DNA from: an uncultured Halomonas sp.
GTDB lineage: Bacteria; Pseudomonadota; Gammaproteobacteria; Pseudomonadales; Halomonadaceae
NCBI GenBank assembly: GCA_947493865.1
Contig: CANLTC010000017.1
Location: 5,241-69,240 of the forward strand
DNA length: 64,000 bases
Direction: 5' to 3'
Position numbers and translations under genes: made by a program. This document shows, in pieces, positions 41,242-50,691 of the stretch; within the stretch, counting starts at the first letter, position 1; every line of letters starts with the position of its first letter. The notes below the pieces were generated by a model, which was not told the origin of the DNA, ran no database searches, and saw only the letters and a program-made list of their open reading frames with translations.

Positions 41242-41316
41242 TGGTGGGTCGTGTAGGATTCGAACCTACGACCAATTGGTTAAAAGCCAACTGCTCTACC
41301 GCTGAGCTAACGACCC
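41242..41316 (-). tRNA. tRNA-Lys (anticodon UUU), copy 2
   Basis: This 75-nt sequence is identical to copy 1. Confidence 0.97.
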
Positions 41317-41334
41317 GCCGCCGGGCCGTCGAGA

Positions 41335-41409
41335 TGGTGGGTCGTGTAGGATTCGAACCTACGACCAATTGGTTAAAAGCCAACTGCTCTACCGCTGAGC
41401 TAACGACCC
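41335..41409 (-). tRNA. tRNA-Lys (anticodon UUU), copy 3
   Basis: This 75-nt sequence is identical to copy 1. Confidence 0.97.
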
Positions 41410-41425
41410 CCTCGACAGGGCGCAC

Positions 41426-41454
41426 ATATTACTGACAGCGCTCGGGGATGACAA
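41426..41454 (-). promoter_or_regulatory. Candidate sigma70 promoter of the tRNA-Lys array
   Basis: On the minus strand the sequence reads TTGTCA, a 17-nt spacer, TAATAT, then a GC-rich discriminator (gtgcgccc). It lies about 17 nt upstream of tRNA copy 3. Confidence 0.5.
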
Positions 41455-41499
41455 GTGGGTTTTGATCGCCCATGGACCGCTTCCCATAAAATAGGGTTT

Positions 41500-42258
41500 T
41501 CACTCTTCCAGAATATTTTCCAATTCCCGGGTCGCTTTACGCATCAACGGCACCTGCTCCAATAGACGTTCCAGGGGTTGGCGCATGCTGGGCGCGTGAA
41601 TCGCAAGGGATGCCAGCACATTGTTAGTGCCATCGTAGACCGGCACCGCCACCGCCACCATGCCTTCGATGAATTCCTCATCATCGGTGCTGATACGCTC
41701 ACGCTCGATATGTTTAAGGCGTTTTTCAAGCTGCTCAATCGTCGTTGCGGTGTGCGGGGTATGGGGTTTCAAGTCAAGGCTTGCCATCAGGGTGCGGCGT
41801 TGATCATGGGGCATCAGGGCCAAGAACAGCTTGCCGCTGGCGGTGCAATGCAGGGGCAGTCGGGAACCCGGCGCCAGTTGCACCCGTACCGGCCAGTTGG
41901 TCTCGACCCGATCGAAGTAGATGACCTCATGCTCACTGCGTACCGACAGGTTACAGGTCTCCCCCACCTGCTCCGAAAGGCGTTGCAGCACGGCTCGCAG
42001 CGCTGCACTGACACTGGGACTAGCGAGGATGCCGAAAGCCAACTGCTTCATGCGCTGTCCCGGTACGAGACGGCGTCCGTCCAGCTCTCGCTTGATCAGC
42101 CCCTCCTGCTCCAACTGAATTAACAGTCGATGCGCCGTGGGCTTGGGGATATCCAGACGCTTGCCGATTTCCGCAGCGGTTACCCCCCCCTGGGCACGCA
42201 CCACCTCTTCCATGATGGCGATGGCTCTTAGCAGCGTGGAATTCGTCGGCAATGACAT
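41500..42258 (-). CDS. IclR family transcriptional regulator
   Basis: 252 aa with an N-terminal wHTH (GVTAAEIGKRLDIPKPTAHRLL) and a C-terminal IclR effector domain. Confidence 0.9.
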   Translation of the reverse strand: MSLPTNSTLLRAIAIMEEVVRAQGGVTAAEIGKRLDIPKPTAHRLLIQLEQEGLIKRELDGRRLVPGQRMKQLAFGILASPSVSAALRAVLQRLSEQVGETCNLSVRSEHEVIYFDRVETNWPVRVQLAPGSRLPLHCTASGKLFLALMPHDQRRTLMASLDLKPHTPHTATTIEQLEKRLKHIERERISTDDEEFIEGMVAVAVPVYDGTNNVLASLAIHAPSMRQPLERLLEQVPLMRKATRELENILEE

Positions 42259-42347
42259 GCAATGTTCCCTGAGTTATTCGAGCCGCCAATGATACCGCGG
42301 CCCCGGGTTAAACCAAGAGCCGCGATAATCGACAGTGCAAAGCACTT

Positions 42348-43631
42348 TCAGCCGCTGAACTGCACTAGATACATCGACAGCGCCGGCCATAGCGCAATGG
42401 CCAACCAACACAGCATCAAGACGCCGAAGTACGGAATGATGTACTTGACCAGCCGCAGGTAGGGGATGCCGGTAATGCTGCTGGCCACATACAGATTGAG
42501 ACCGAACGGTGGCGTGATGAAGCCGATGGCGGCCCCTACCAGGAAGATGACTGAGAAGTGGATCGGATCCACCCCCACGTTCTGGGCGATCGGTGCCAGA
42601 ATCGGCGCCAGGATGATGGTGATCGGCAAGCTTTCCAGCACCATCCCCGCCACCAGAATGATCACCATACAGATGCCCAGCACGAGGTAATAATTGCCCA
42701 GCCCGAGCAACAGGTCGTTGAGCAATTCACCCACCCCAAGCACGGAGAGCAGTTGCTGCATGACCACGGAAACGGCAATCAGCGGCGCCAGCATCCCGGC
42801 GATCTGCCCGGAGCGCAACAGGATAGCCGGCAGGTTCTTGAACTTGATTTCCCGGGTGATCAAAAGTCCCGCGATCAAGGTGAAGCCGACAGTGACCGCC
42901 GCCGCTTCGGTAGGCGAGAACAGCCCTGAGTAGATACCGTAGAGCACCACACCGATGGTGGCGAATCCCAGGTACGCCTTGCCCGCATGGCGCAGGCTAT
43001 CGCCCACACGAAACGGGATCAGCGTACCCCAACGATTGCGGCGAGAAACCCAGTTGCAGGCCAGCATCATCACCAGCACCATCAGCGCCCCGGGCACCAT
43101 GCCGGCGATGAACAGCTCGCTGATGGACAGATTCATCATGAAGCCGTAGACGATGAAGATGATACTCGGCGGAATGATGATGCCCACGGTGCCACCGGAA
43201 GCCGCCGTGGCGGCGGCGAAACGCTCGTCATAGCCGTTCTTGACCATCTCCGGATGCATGATGGAACCGATGGTGGCCGTGGTACCGGCATTGGAGCCGG
43301 AAATCGCCGCGAACATGCCGCAGGCGCCCAAGGTTGCCATGCCCATGCCGCCGCGCATCCAGCCCAGCACGGAGTAAGCGAAATCCGATAATCGTTTAGC
43401 GATGCCCGCAGCGTTGATCAAGTCGCCGGTAAGGATGAATAGCGGCAATGCCAGCAACCCGAAGAAGCGAAGTCCCTGAAACAGCGTCACCCCGATATTG
43501 GCCAGGCTGAAATCGATGATGATGCTGACACCGACCACCCATAGACCGATCACCAGAAAGATCGGAACACCAATGAGAAAGAGCCCCACAATCAGGAACG
43601 TCACGAGGCCAATCAAGGATCCATCAGTCAT
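42348..43631 (-). CDS. TRAP transporter large permease (DctM family)
   Basis: 427 aa polytopic protein with DctM-like sequence. It lies in an operon with DctQ and DctP family genes. Confidence 0.93.
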   Translation of the reverse strand: MTDGSLIGLVTFLIVGLFLIGVPIFLVIGLWVVGVSIIIDFSLANIGVTLFQGLRFFGLLALPLFILTGDLINAAGIAKRLSDFAYSVLGWMRGGMGMATLGACGMFAAISGSNAGTTATIGSIMHPEMVKNGYDERFAAATAASGGTVGIIIPPSIIFIVYGFMMNLSISELFIAGMVPGALMVLVMMLACNWVSRRNRWGTLIPFRVGDSLRHAGKAYLGFATIGVVLYGIYSGLFSPTEAAAVTVGFTLIAGLLITREIKFKNLPAILLRSGQIAGMLAPLIAVSVVMQQLLSVLGVGELLNDLLLGLGNYYLVLGICMVIILVAGMVLESLPITIILAPILAPIAQNVGVDPIHFSVIFLVGAAIGFITPPFGLNLYVASSITGIPYLRLVKYIIPYFGVLMLCWLAIALWPALSMYLVQFSG

Positions 43632-43642
43632 GATAGCCTCCT

Positions 43643-44203
43643 TTAATCCATGATCGCGGGTTGTAGTTGGAAGGACTCACCACGCTTGAAGCGCTGGATA
43701 TCCACGTACAGATTCTGCAATACCCGAAAGAGCAGCAGCACCCAAGCCAAGGGCGTGGCTAGATAGAACCACCACTGCATGACATCATTGGTGCCACTGA
43801 CGATGGCGAAATTGTCGTAGGCCAGCGTTACCTGCTGGGTCGAGTAGTAGATGACCAATGCCCCAAAGCCGATCCACAGCACCGCATCCAGAATCAGACA
43901 ACCAAACTGCGCCTTGTAGGGCATGCGCATACGCAGCTCATTGAGCGAGAGATGGCTGCGCTTTTTCACATTGAGCGAGGCGCCGAACCAGGTCAGCCAC
44001 AGGAACAGCAAAATGGGAATGCTGGTGCTCCAGGCGGCCTGCTGATTGAGCAGGAAGCGACGAATCACCTCGACGAAGATGATGCCCGCCATACCGGAGT
44101 AGGCGATCAGGATGACCGTCTTCTCGAGATTCTCGTTGAGCCAGAGAAATGGTTTGAGCCAGGCCGGACGAGGCCGACCTGGTGTGTTGTTATTGGGATT
44201 CAT
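43643..44203 (-). CDS. TRAP transporter small permease (DctQ family)
   Basis: 186 aa with four TM helices, located between the DctP and DctM genes. Confidence 0.88.
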   Translation of the reverse strand: MNPNNNTPGRPRPAWLKPFLWLNENLEKTVILIAYSGMAGIIFVEVIRRFLLNQQAAWSTSIPILLFLWLTWFGASLNVKKRSHLSLNELRMRMPYKAQFGCLILDAVLWIGFGALVIYYSTQQVTLAYDNFAIVSGTNDVMQWWFYLATPLAWVLLLFRVLQNLYVDIQRFKRGESFQLQPAIMD

Positions 44204-44215
44204 GAAGGCCTCCGA

Positions 44216-45445
44216 TCAGGCGCGCCACCAGCGATTGGGCTTGACGTTAACCGCCGCCATGTCTTTGGGAATTTCCCGAGCAATGCTGTGAATCTCCTGA
44301 TAGACATCGATACCCCCGGCCCAACCATTTAACCGCTCCCGCCACTGCTCCCAGGGCTCGGGGTTGAACTCCGGCGCGCACATCTCGGCGGCCTGCTGGC
44401 GCACCTCATCCGAGAGTGGCGCGACTCGCACGTTGTGCTTGGCGAAGACAGTACCGGGAATTGGGTTTTCCGCCGCACCAACGACCTGTACGCGTCCAGC
44501 CTCGTTCATGCCTTGAGTGAATATCTGTGCGGTATAGGCAGACTCCATCACCTGATCCTGCAGATCGCTGCCCAGCTTGTCGAACACCGGCAAGCTCATG
44601 GCGGTGTGTTCGGTGCCGGCGAAGAACTGCAGATCCACCGCCTGGGAAACCACCGGCGCCATACCCGCGTAGGCCACCGCCGCCATCCAGGTTTCCGCCC
44701 CATCGAGCAGGCCCTGACGCAGACCGTCCAGGGTCTCCTCCCAGGCCACCGGCACCGGATTGAGGTTCATCTGCTGCATGGCGATGCGACCCAACTGGGT
44801 GCCAGTCACCCGGTTCTTGGTGCCAGCCAGATCTTCGAGGCTGGTGACCAGCGGCTTGTCCGCCCATTTCAGCCCCATCATCAAGCCGCGCAGATCGCAG
44901 TGGGTGAACAGGAACTGGATGTTGTGGCGCTGGCGTAGCGGTTCGCGCAAGAGCTTCTCGCTGCGATTGTCGTAGAAGAAATGGAACATCGAGGCTGTGG
45001 AGGGGAACATGTAGGCGAAGTCGAGCACGTTGTAATAAGGCGCGCCGCCGGCGGAGTTCTGGGTCGATGCGGAAAACATGTCGACGATGCCCTGCTGGGT
45101 CTTGCTCACGCAGTCGAGCTGATTGCACACCTCGTTGCTGCCCATGAATTCGACCCGAATCGCCCCGTTGGTGCGGGCTTCGAGGTCTCGAGCGAAAAAC
45201 AACTGCCCGGATTTCTGGATATCCAGATTGCGCTCGTTGAAGCCCGAGGCGCCGAAACGCAAGGTATGCTTGGGGGTGGTCTGATTGCGCTTCTTGTCTT
45301 CTTCTTCCGCGGCCCGAGCCAAGCTTGAAACGGTCATGGTAGCACCCAGACCCGAAGCAGCCAGCAAGGTCGAAGTCAGGCCGAAGCGCCCGGAGATACG
45401 TACGAAATCGCGACGGGAAATACCCGCCTCTTGTTGTTGGCTCAT
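44216..45445 (-). CDS. TRAP transporter substrate-binding protein with a twin-arginine signal
   Basis: 409 aa with the Tat motif SRRDFVRISG. It is the first gene of the TRAP operon. Confidence 0.88.
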   Translation of the reverse strand: MSQQQEAGISRRDFVRISGRFGLTSTLLAASGLGATMTVSSLARAAEEEDKKRNQTTPKHTLRFGASGFNERNLDIQKSGQLFFARDLEARTNGAIRVEFMGSNEVCNQLDCVSKTQQGIVDMFSASTQNSAGGAPYYNVLDFAYMFPSTASMFHFFYDNRSEKLLREPLRQRHNIQFLFTHCDLRGLMMGLKWADKPLVTSLEDLAGTKNRVTGTQLGRIAMQQMNLNPVPVAWEETLDGLRQGLLDGAETWMAAVAYAGMAPVVSQAVDLQFFAGTEHTAMSLPVFDKLGSDLQDQVMESAYTAQIFTQGMNEAGRVQVVGAAENPIPGTVFAKHNVRVAPLSDEVRQQAAEMCAPEFNPEPWEQWRERLNGWAGGIDVYQEIHSIAREIPKDMAAVNVKPNRWWRA

Positions 45446-45533
45446 GAAAGGGCTCCTGATGTGTTGATTATTGTGATGGCTATAGGGGCCTGATCAAAAC
45501 TAGGTCACTCCCCCGCAAGATGCAAATTATTTT

Positions 45534-45603
45534 GAAACAAAAAGTCTCACTATTGACCAAAACAAGACGATGTAAGAATATATCGAAATAAAAAGTCTCA
45601 TTA
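45534..45603. promoter_or_regulatory. Direct 19-nt repeats in the divergent TRAP/GMC promoter region (candidate operator)
   Basis: gaaacaaaaagtctcacta (45534-45552) and gaaataaaaagtctcatta (45585-45603) match at 17 of 19 positions. They sit in an AT-rich intergenic region. Confidence 0.3.
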
Positions 45604-45615
45604 AAAGGCAATATC

Positions 45616-47262
45616 ATGTCTACGTCTGCGCCGGGCACAGTAGAACAGCCGTCTCAACAAGACCTTGCATACGACTATATCGTAATTGGCGCCGGCTCTG
45701 CCGGTTGCGTGTTGGCCAATCGTCTGAGCGAGAACCCGGCGGTCACGGTGCTGCTGCTCGAAGCCGGCGGACGCGACTGGAATCCTTGGATTCATGTGCC
45801 GGTGGGCTACTTCAAGACCATGCATAATCCGGCTACCGATTGGTGCTATTTGACCGAGCCTGATGCCGGCATCAACAATCGTCAGCTACAGTGGCCTCGC
45901 GGCAAGGTGTTGGGCGGCTCCAGCTCCCTCAATGGCCTGCTTTATATCCGCGGGCAAAAAGAGGATTACGACAGTTGGGCGCAGGACGGTAACCCAGGAT
46001 GGGACTACACCAACGTTCTGCCCTATTTCAAGAAGTCCGAATGCCAGTCCCGGGGCGCCGATGACTACCACGGTGTCGATGGCCCGTTACATGTCTCTGA
46101 CCTGCGCCTGCGCCGCGAGATAGCCGAGCGCTTCATCGATGCCGCCAAATATATTGGCATCCCTGGCAACAGCGACGTCAATGGCAAGGATCAGGAAGGC
46201 GTCGGTTACTTCCAGCAGACTGCCTACAAGGGCTTTCGCTGCAGTACCGCCAAAGCATTTTTGCGTCCGGCGCGCAAACGCAAGAACCTGACAGTAATGA
46301 CTCGCGCCCAGTGCAAGCAACTGCTGCTCGACGGCAAGCGCGTCCATGGTGTCAATTTTCAACAAAGCGGCAAGGCGCGTACCGCCCATGCTCGGCGCGA
46401 GGTCATCTTGAGCAGTGGCGCCATCGGCTCGCCGCAGATTCTGCAGAACTCGGGTATTGGCGACCCCGAGCACCTCGAGTCGGTGGGTATTGAATGTCGG
46501 CATGCCCTACCAGGCGTCGGTGAGAATCTGCAGGATCACCTGCAGGTGCGTCTGGTATTCAAGACCAGCTGCAGCACTCTCAATGACGAAGTGCGCCATC
46601 CTTTGAAGAAGCTCATGGTGGGGGCCCAGTACGTCTTCACTCGTACCGGCCCGCTGACCCTGGCAGCAAGCCAGGTCTATATCTTCACAAAGTCCCGGGT
46701 AGGACTGGATCGGCCAGATATCCAGTTTCACATGCAGCCACTCAGTGCCGATAAACCTGCGGAAGGCGTACACCCTTTCTCCGCCTTTACCTCCTCGGTA
46801 TGTCAACTTCGCCCACACAGCCGAGGACGGGTGCGCATCACCAGCTCGAACCCTCTCGACTACCCGGTCATTCACCCCAACTATCTGAGCGCCGAGGAGG
46901 ACAAGCGCGTGGTGGTGGATGCCATCAAGGTGGCACGCCGTATCGCCGAAGCCAAGCCATTGGCGGAGGTGATCACCGATGAGTACGTGCCGGGAACGAA
47001 ATTTCAGACCGATGAGGAACTGCTCGATGCGGCGCGCCAGTATAGTCAGACCATTTACCACCCCGCCGGCACCTGCAAGATGGGCAGTGACAGCGACCCC
47101 ATGGCGGTGGTCGACGCCCGCCTAAGGGTTCACGGATTGAGTGGTTTGCGAGTAGTCGATGCCTCCATCATGCCCAGCATCGTTTCCGGCAACACCAACG
47201 CCCCGACCATCATGATCGCGGAGAAGGCCGCCGACATGATCAAGGAAGACAATCCGCACTAA
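45616..47262 (+). CDS. GMC family FAD-dependent oxidoreductase (choline/alcohol dehydrogenase-like)
   Basis: 548 aa with the N-terminal motif DYIVIGAGSAGCVLANRLSE and GMC signatures up to the C-terminal HPAGTCKMG. Confidence 0.9.
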   Translation: MSTSAPGTVEQPSQQDLAYDYIVIGAGSAGCVLANRLSENPAVTVLLLEAGGRDWNPWIHVPVGYFKTMHNPATDWCYLTEPDAGINNRQLQWPRGKVLGGSSSLNGLLYIRGQKEDYDSWAQDGNPGWDYTNVLPYFKKSECQSRGADDYHGVDGPLHVSDLRLRREIAERFIDAAKYIGIPGNSDVNGKDQEGVGYFQQTAYKGFRCSTAKAFLRPARKRKNLTVMTRAQCKQLLLDGKRVHGVNFQQSGKARTAHARREVILSSGAIGSPQILQNSGIGDPEHLESVGIECRHALPGVGENLQDHLQVRLVFKTSCSTLNDEVRHPLKKLMVGAQYVFTRTGPLTLAASQVYIFTKSRVGLDRPDIQFHMQPLSADKPAEGVHPFSAFTSSVCQLRPHSRGRVRITSSNPLDYPVIHPNYLSAEEDKRVVVDAIKVARRIAEAKPLAEVITDEYVPGTKFQTDEELLDAARQYSQTIYHPAGTCKMGSDSDPMAVVDARLRVHGLSGLRVVDASIMPSIVSGNTNAPTIMIAEKAADMIKEDNPH

Positions 47263-47264
47263 GG

Positions 47265-47984
47265 TCATCCTCTTTCCAACAGCCGCAGCATCGCCGGTGT
47301 AGGCGCTTCGAGCTTGTGATGCCGACGACTCGCGGCGTAGCTGTCGTTGAAGGCATCGAAGTAGTCGTCGAGCAAACCGGCCGCGTCTACATCCCCGCTC
47401 TGGCGCAACAATTCGGCGGCGACCTCGGCGGTACACAGATGCGACGCCGAGGTGGGTTTGCGCAAGTGATAACGCGTCAGTCGGTTGGTGTGCAGCGGCA
47501 ACACCGGCAGGTGCTCCAGATAAGGGCTCTTGCGGAAGATACGCCGGGCCTGACGCCAGGTACCGTCGAGAATGATGAACACCGGAATGCGCCCTTCTTG
47601 CTTTGCATCGCTTACCGCCTCGATGCTGACGACCCGTTCGGCGTAGTCCGGCTGATCGTCGGGAAAGATGACGAACGGTGCAAACCGCGGGTCATCGAGG
47701 TAGTCGAGCAGCGCAGTGTCCGGCGCGGTGCGATACCAGGTAAAGATCTCGGTGGTGTCGAGAATATCACCAATCAGCCGACCGGTATTGGTCGGCTTGT
47801 TATGCTCCAGCGGATGAGTCAACAACCAGAAACGTGCATCGCTTTGGCCCGTTACCCGGTAAGGACACAGGCAGTTCAACGCCGGCAAGCGACATGTCTC
47901 GCAGCGGGTGACGAAACTGCCACGGGCCTTGAACGGACGCCGCGGCGGAGGCGAAATACAGGGATACGAGTCCGTGAGGGTCAT
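47265..47984 (-). CDS. DTW-domain tRNA-uridine aminocarboxypropyltransferase-like protein
   Basis: It has an N-terminal Cys cluster (CETCRLPALNCLCP) and a DGTW motif (ILDGTWRQA). Confidence 0.8.
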   Translation of the reverse strand: MTLTDSYPCISPPPRRPFKARGSFVTRCETCRLPALNCLCPYRVTGQSDARFWLLTHPLEHNKPTNTGRLIGDILDTTEIFTWYRTAPDTALLDYLDDPRFAPFVIFPDDQPDYAERVVSIEAVSDAKQEGRIPVFIILDGTWRQARRIFRKSPYLEHLPVLPLHTNRLTRYHLRKPTSASHLCTAEVAAELLRQSGDVDAAGLLDDYFDAFNDSYAASRRHHKLEAPTPAMLRLLERG

Positions 47985-48017
47985 GGCGTACTCTGAAATC
48001 TTGTGGTTACCAAATGC

Positions 48018-48734
48018 TCAGGGAATTTCGAGGCGTCGCTGGCGACGCCAATGTTCGACCAGCGGCGGTACTCCTCGACTGGCCGGCGCATCGATGGCGC
48101 GAACCCAGTCGGGGGATAGCTGGGAAGCATTGGGATCCACCAGAATGCAGGGGCAGCCCGTCGGCGCCTCGTGCAGCAGCATGGCCGCAGGCATGACCGC
48201 CAGAGAGGTGCCGACGACCAGCAACAGATCCGCTTCGGTGACGATATCGCAGGCGTCACCGTAGGCGGGCACTGCTTCGCCGAACCACACCACATCGGGC
48301 CGCAACTGGCTGCCCTTGTCGCATAGATCACCCAGCTTGATACCGCCTCGCGGCAGGGAATAGACCAGCCGCGGGTCAGCGCTCGATCGCGCCCTGAGCA
48401 CTTCGCCATGCAGGTGCACGACCCTTTTGGAGCCGGCCCGCTCGTGCAGGTCGTCGATGTTCTGGGTGATGATGCTCACATCAAAATCCGCCTCAAGCTG
48501 GGCCAAGGCACGATGAGCGGGATTGGGCTTGGCACGCCGTACCTGGGCACGGCGCTCGTCGTAAAAGCGCAGCACCAGCGCCGGATCGCGCTGCCATCCT
48601 TCTGGGGTGGCAACGTCTTGAATGGCGTGGTTTTCCCATAGGCCATCGCCATCGCGAAAAGTCTTCAGGCCACTTTCAGCGCTTATACCCGCCCCGGTGA
48701 GCACCACCAGGCGCTGTCTGGCATTTGTCGTCAT
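48018..48734 (-). CDS. cobB: Sir2-family NAD-dependent protein deacylase (CobB-like)
   Basis: It carries GAGISAESGLKTFR, TQNIDDLHERAG and the catalytic HLHG. It is a short single-domain sirtuin. Confidence 0.88.
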   Translation of the reverse strand: MTTNARQRLVVLTGAGISAESGLKTFRDGDGLWENHAIQDVATPEGWQRDPALVLRFYDERRAQVRRAKPNPAHRALAQLEADFDVSIITQNIDDLHERAGSKRVVHLHGEVLRARSSADPRLVYSLPRGGIKLGDLCDKGSQLRPDVVWFGEAVPAYGDACDIVTEADLLLVVGTSLAVMPAAMLLHEAPTGCPCILVDPNASQLSPDWVRAIDAPASRGVPPLVEHWRRQRRLEIP

Positions 48735-48774
48735 CTTGTCTCGCAGTGAAGTCTTGAGTCAGTAAATCGATGCA

Positions 48775-50532
48775 TCAGTACGTCAGTACCGCCTGATCGC
48801 CGCCGGCGAAGCGCTGCTTGTTGCGATAGGGATAGACATCGATCACCTGCCCTTCCTCGATCGCATTTTGCAGCCCCTGCCAGTACTCCGCATCGAAAAG
48901 CTCCGGGTGCAATTCCAGAAACAGGCGACGCAGCTTGATATCCGCGAACAGAAACGGGCCAAATTCTTCGGGAAAAATATCATTGGGGCCGACCGAGTAC
49001 CAAGGCTCGTCCATCATCTCCTGCTCTGGGTAACGTGCTTCCGGGATTTTCCGGAAGTTGCACTCGGTGAGATAGCAGATTTCATCGTAGTCATAGAACA
49101 CGACCCGGCCATGACGGGTCACCCCGAAATTCTTGAGCAGCATGTCCCCGGGAAAGATGTTCGCCGCCGCCATCTGTTTGATGGCGTTGCCGTAATCCTT
49201 GAGCACCGCCCGGGTTTCCTGCTCGTCGCTCTGCTCAAGATAGAGATTGAGCGGCATCATCATGCGTTCCGTGTAGCAGTGCTTGATGAGCACCTTGTCG
49301 CCGCGTAGTTCCACCGTGGAGGGAGCCACCTCGAGCAGTTCCTCCAGACACTGCGGATCGAAATGATCCTTGCGGGCGATGAAGTTGGAAAACTCCTGGG
49401 TATCCGCCATGCGCCCCACCCGGTCGTGGCGCTTGACCAGGCGGTACTTCTCCCGCACGTTCTCGCGACTCATCGCCTTGGAAGGGTCGAAGCGATCCTT
49501 GATGATCTTGAACACCGTGCGATAGGAGGGCAGCACGAACACCGCCATGACCATACCCCGCACACCGGGGGCGATGATGAAACGATCCTGGCGCTTGGCA
49601 ATATGTCGATTCAGGTCGCGAAAGAACTCGGTCTTGCCGTGCTTGAAAAAGCCGATTGCGGAGTAGAGCTCGCCCTGGGGCTTGTCCGGCATCAGTTCCT
49701 GCAGATAGCCGACGAACTCACCGGGCACCGGCACATCAACCTGAAAATAGACCCGGGTGAAGGAGAAGATGATCGATATCTCGTCCGGCTCGATGATCAC
49801 CGTATCCAGACGCACGCCTCTCGCATCACCCTGGGTTTCGTCGTGCACGATTGGCAGCACCAGCGGCACCTGGACATCGCCACCACTCAACCGCCCTACC
49901 AGATAGGCGCCCTTGTTGCGATAGAACACGCTGTTGAGCAGCTCGATCTGCGCATCCGGGGCGTTTCGCAGGGCCTCCGGCAGATGCGTATTCAAGAACT
50001 CGCCACCCATCTTGGCGTCTCGCGCAAGATCGTCATAGCGCGTATTCAGGGATGCCGCCTCCAATGCCCAGGCCAACGCCGTTTGCCAGTCTCCCTCGAC
50101 GCGCCTCCGGCGCGTCAACTCGAGGTCGGAGCGGCGGGCCGCGTGCTCCCGGGAGCTGTAGACAAACATCCAGTCATTGCGAATATGACGGTGATGAAAG
50201 ATCGAGCAGAACAGTGAATTGAAGTAGGTTTCCGCCAGTTCATAATCAAGGCGCTGGTCGATCAATTCGGCATAGTGCCGCTTGGCCTCGCGCCAGTTTT
50301 CGCAATGGGTAAGCTCATCATCTTCAAAGGAACGCTTGAGTCGGGAAAGCGTGTCTCCCACCTTCTCGTCATAGAGGTTGATGCGCGCTGCCGAAGCCTG
50401 CTGGGCATCCCGCCAGGCCGCTTGGGCAAAGCGACGGCGAGCGTCGCTGGTGATCTGCTTGAAACGCGAGCGGTATTCATCGAAGCCATGCTGGATGGTG
50501 GCAGCGATACGATAGGCAGGGGATACTTTCAT
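48775..50532 (-). CDS. aceK: Isocitrate dehydrogenase kinase/phosphatase
   Basis: It resembles AceK over its full length. I chose the start MKVSPAYRIAATI at ATG 50532; the ORF track start is 50607. Confidence 0.93.
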   Translation of the reverse strand: MKVSPAYRIAATIQHGFDEYRSRFKQITSDARRRFAQAAWRDAQQASAARINLYDEKVGDTLSRLKRSFEDDELTHCENWREAKRHYAELIDQRLDYELAETYFNSLFCSIFHHRHIRNDWMFVYSSREHAARRSDLELTRRRRVEGDWQTALAWALEAASLNTRYDDLARDAKMGGEFLNTHLPEALRNAPDAQIELLNSVFYRNKGAYLVGRLSGGDVQVPLVLPIVHDETQGDARGVRLDTVIIEPDEISIIFSFTRVYFQVDVPVPGEFVGYLQELMPDKPQGELYSAIGFFKHGKTEFFRDLNRHIAKRQDRFIIAPGVRGMVMAVFVLPSYRTVFKIIKDRFDPSKAMSRENVREKYRLVKRHDRVGRMADTQEFSNFIARKDHFDPQCLEELLEVAPSTVELRGDKVLIKHCYTERMMMPLNLYLEQSDEQETRAVLKDYGNAIKQMAAANIFPGDMLLKNFGVTRHGRVVFYDYDEICYLTECNFRKIPEARYPEQEMMDEPWYSVGPNDIFPEEFGPFLFADIKLRRLFLELHPELFDAEYWQGLQNAIEEGQVIDVYPYRNKQRFAGGDQAVLTY

Positions 50533-50691
50533 TGCGAGATTTCCCACGGCGTAAAGCATCAGCATGCCCAATGCGGCGCTGGATTGCGAGACGCAACAAG
50601 CCACCATCGGTATAACTGACCAACGTCATGTTTTACATGCCTGGAATGCGCTATGCTGCCGCGCACTTTTGGTATGCGATGGACTCACCTC

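Noticed and set aside
41119-41409. Three identical 75-nt repeats with short unique spacers could be flagged as a mini-CRISPR array.
   Set aside because: The repeats fold as canonical tRNA-Lys(UUU) cloverleaves with an encoded CCA. There are no cas genes.
48018-48734. I considered the Sir2-domain protein as a possible anti-phage effector (Thoeris or DSR-like).
   Set aside because: It is a short single-domain CobB-type deacylase with standard catalytic motifs. It has no fused sensor or effector domain and no partner gene, and it sits in a housekeeping neighbourhood (aceK, DTW-domain gene).
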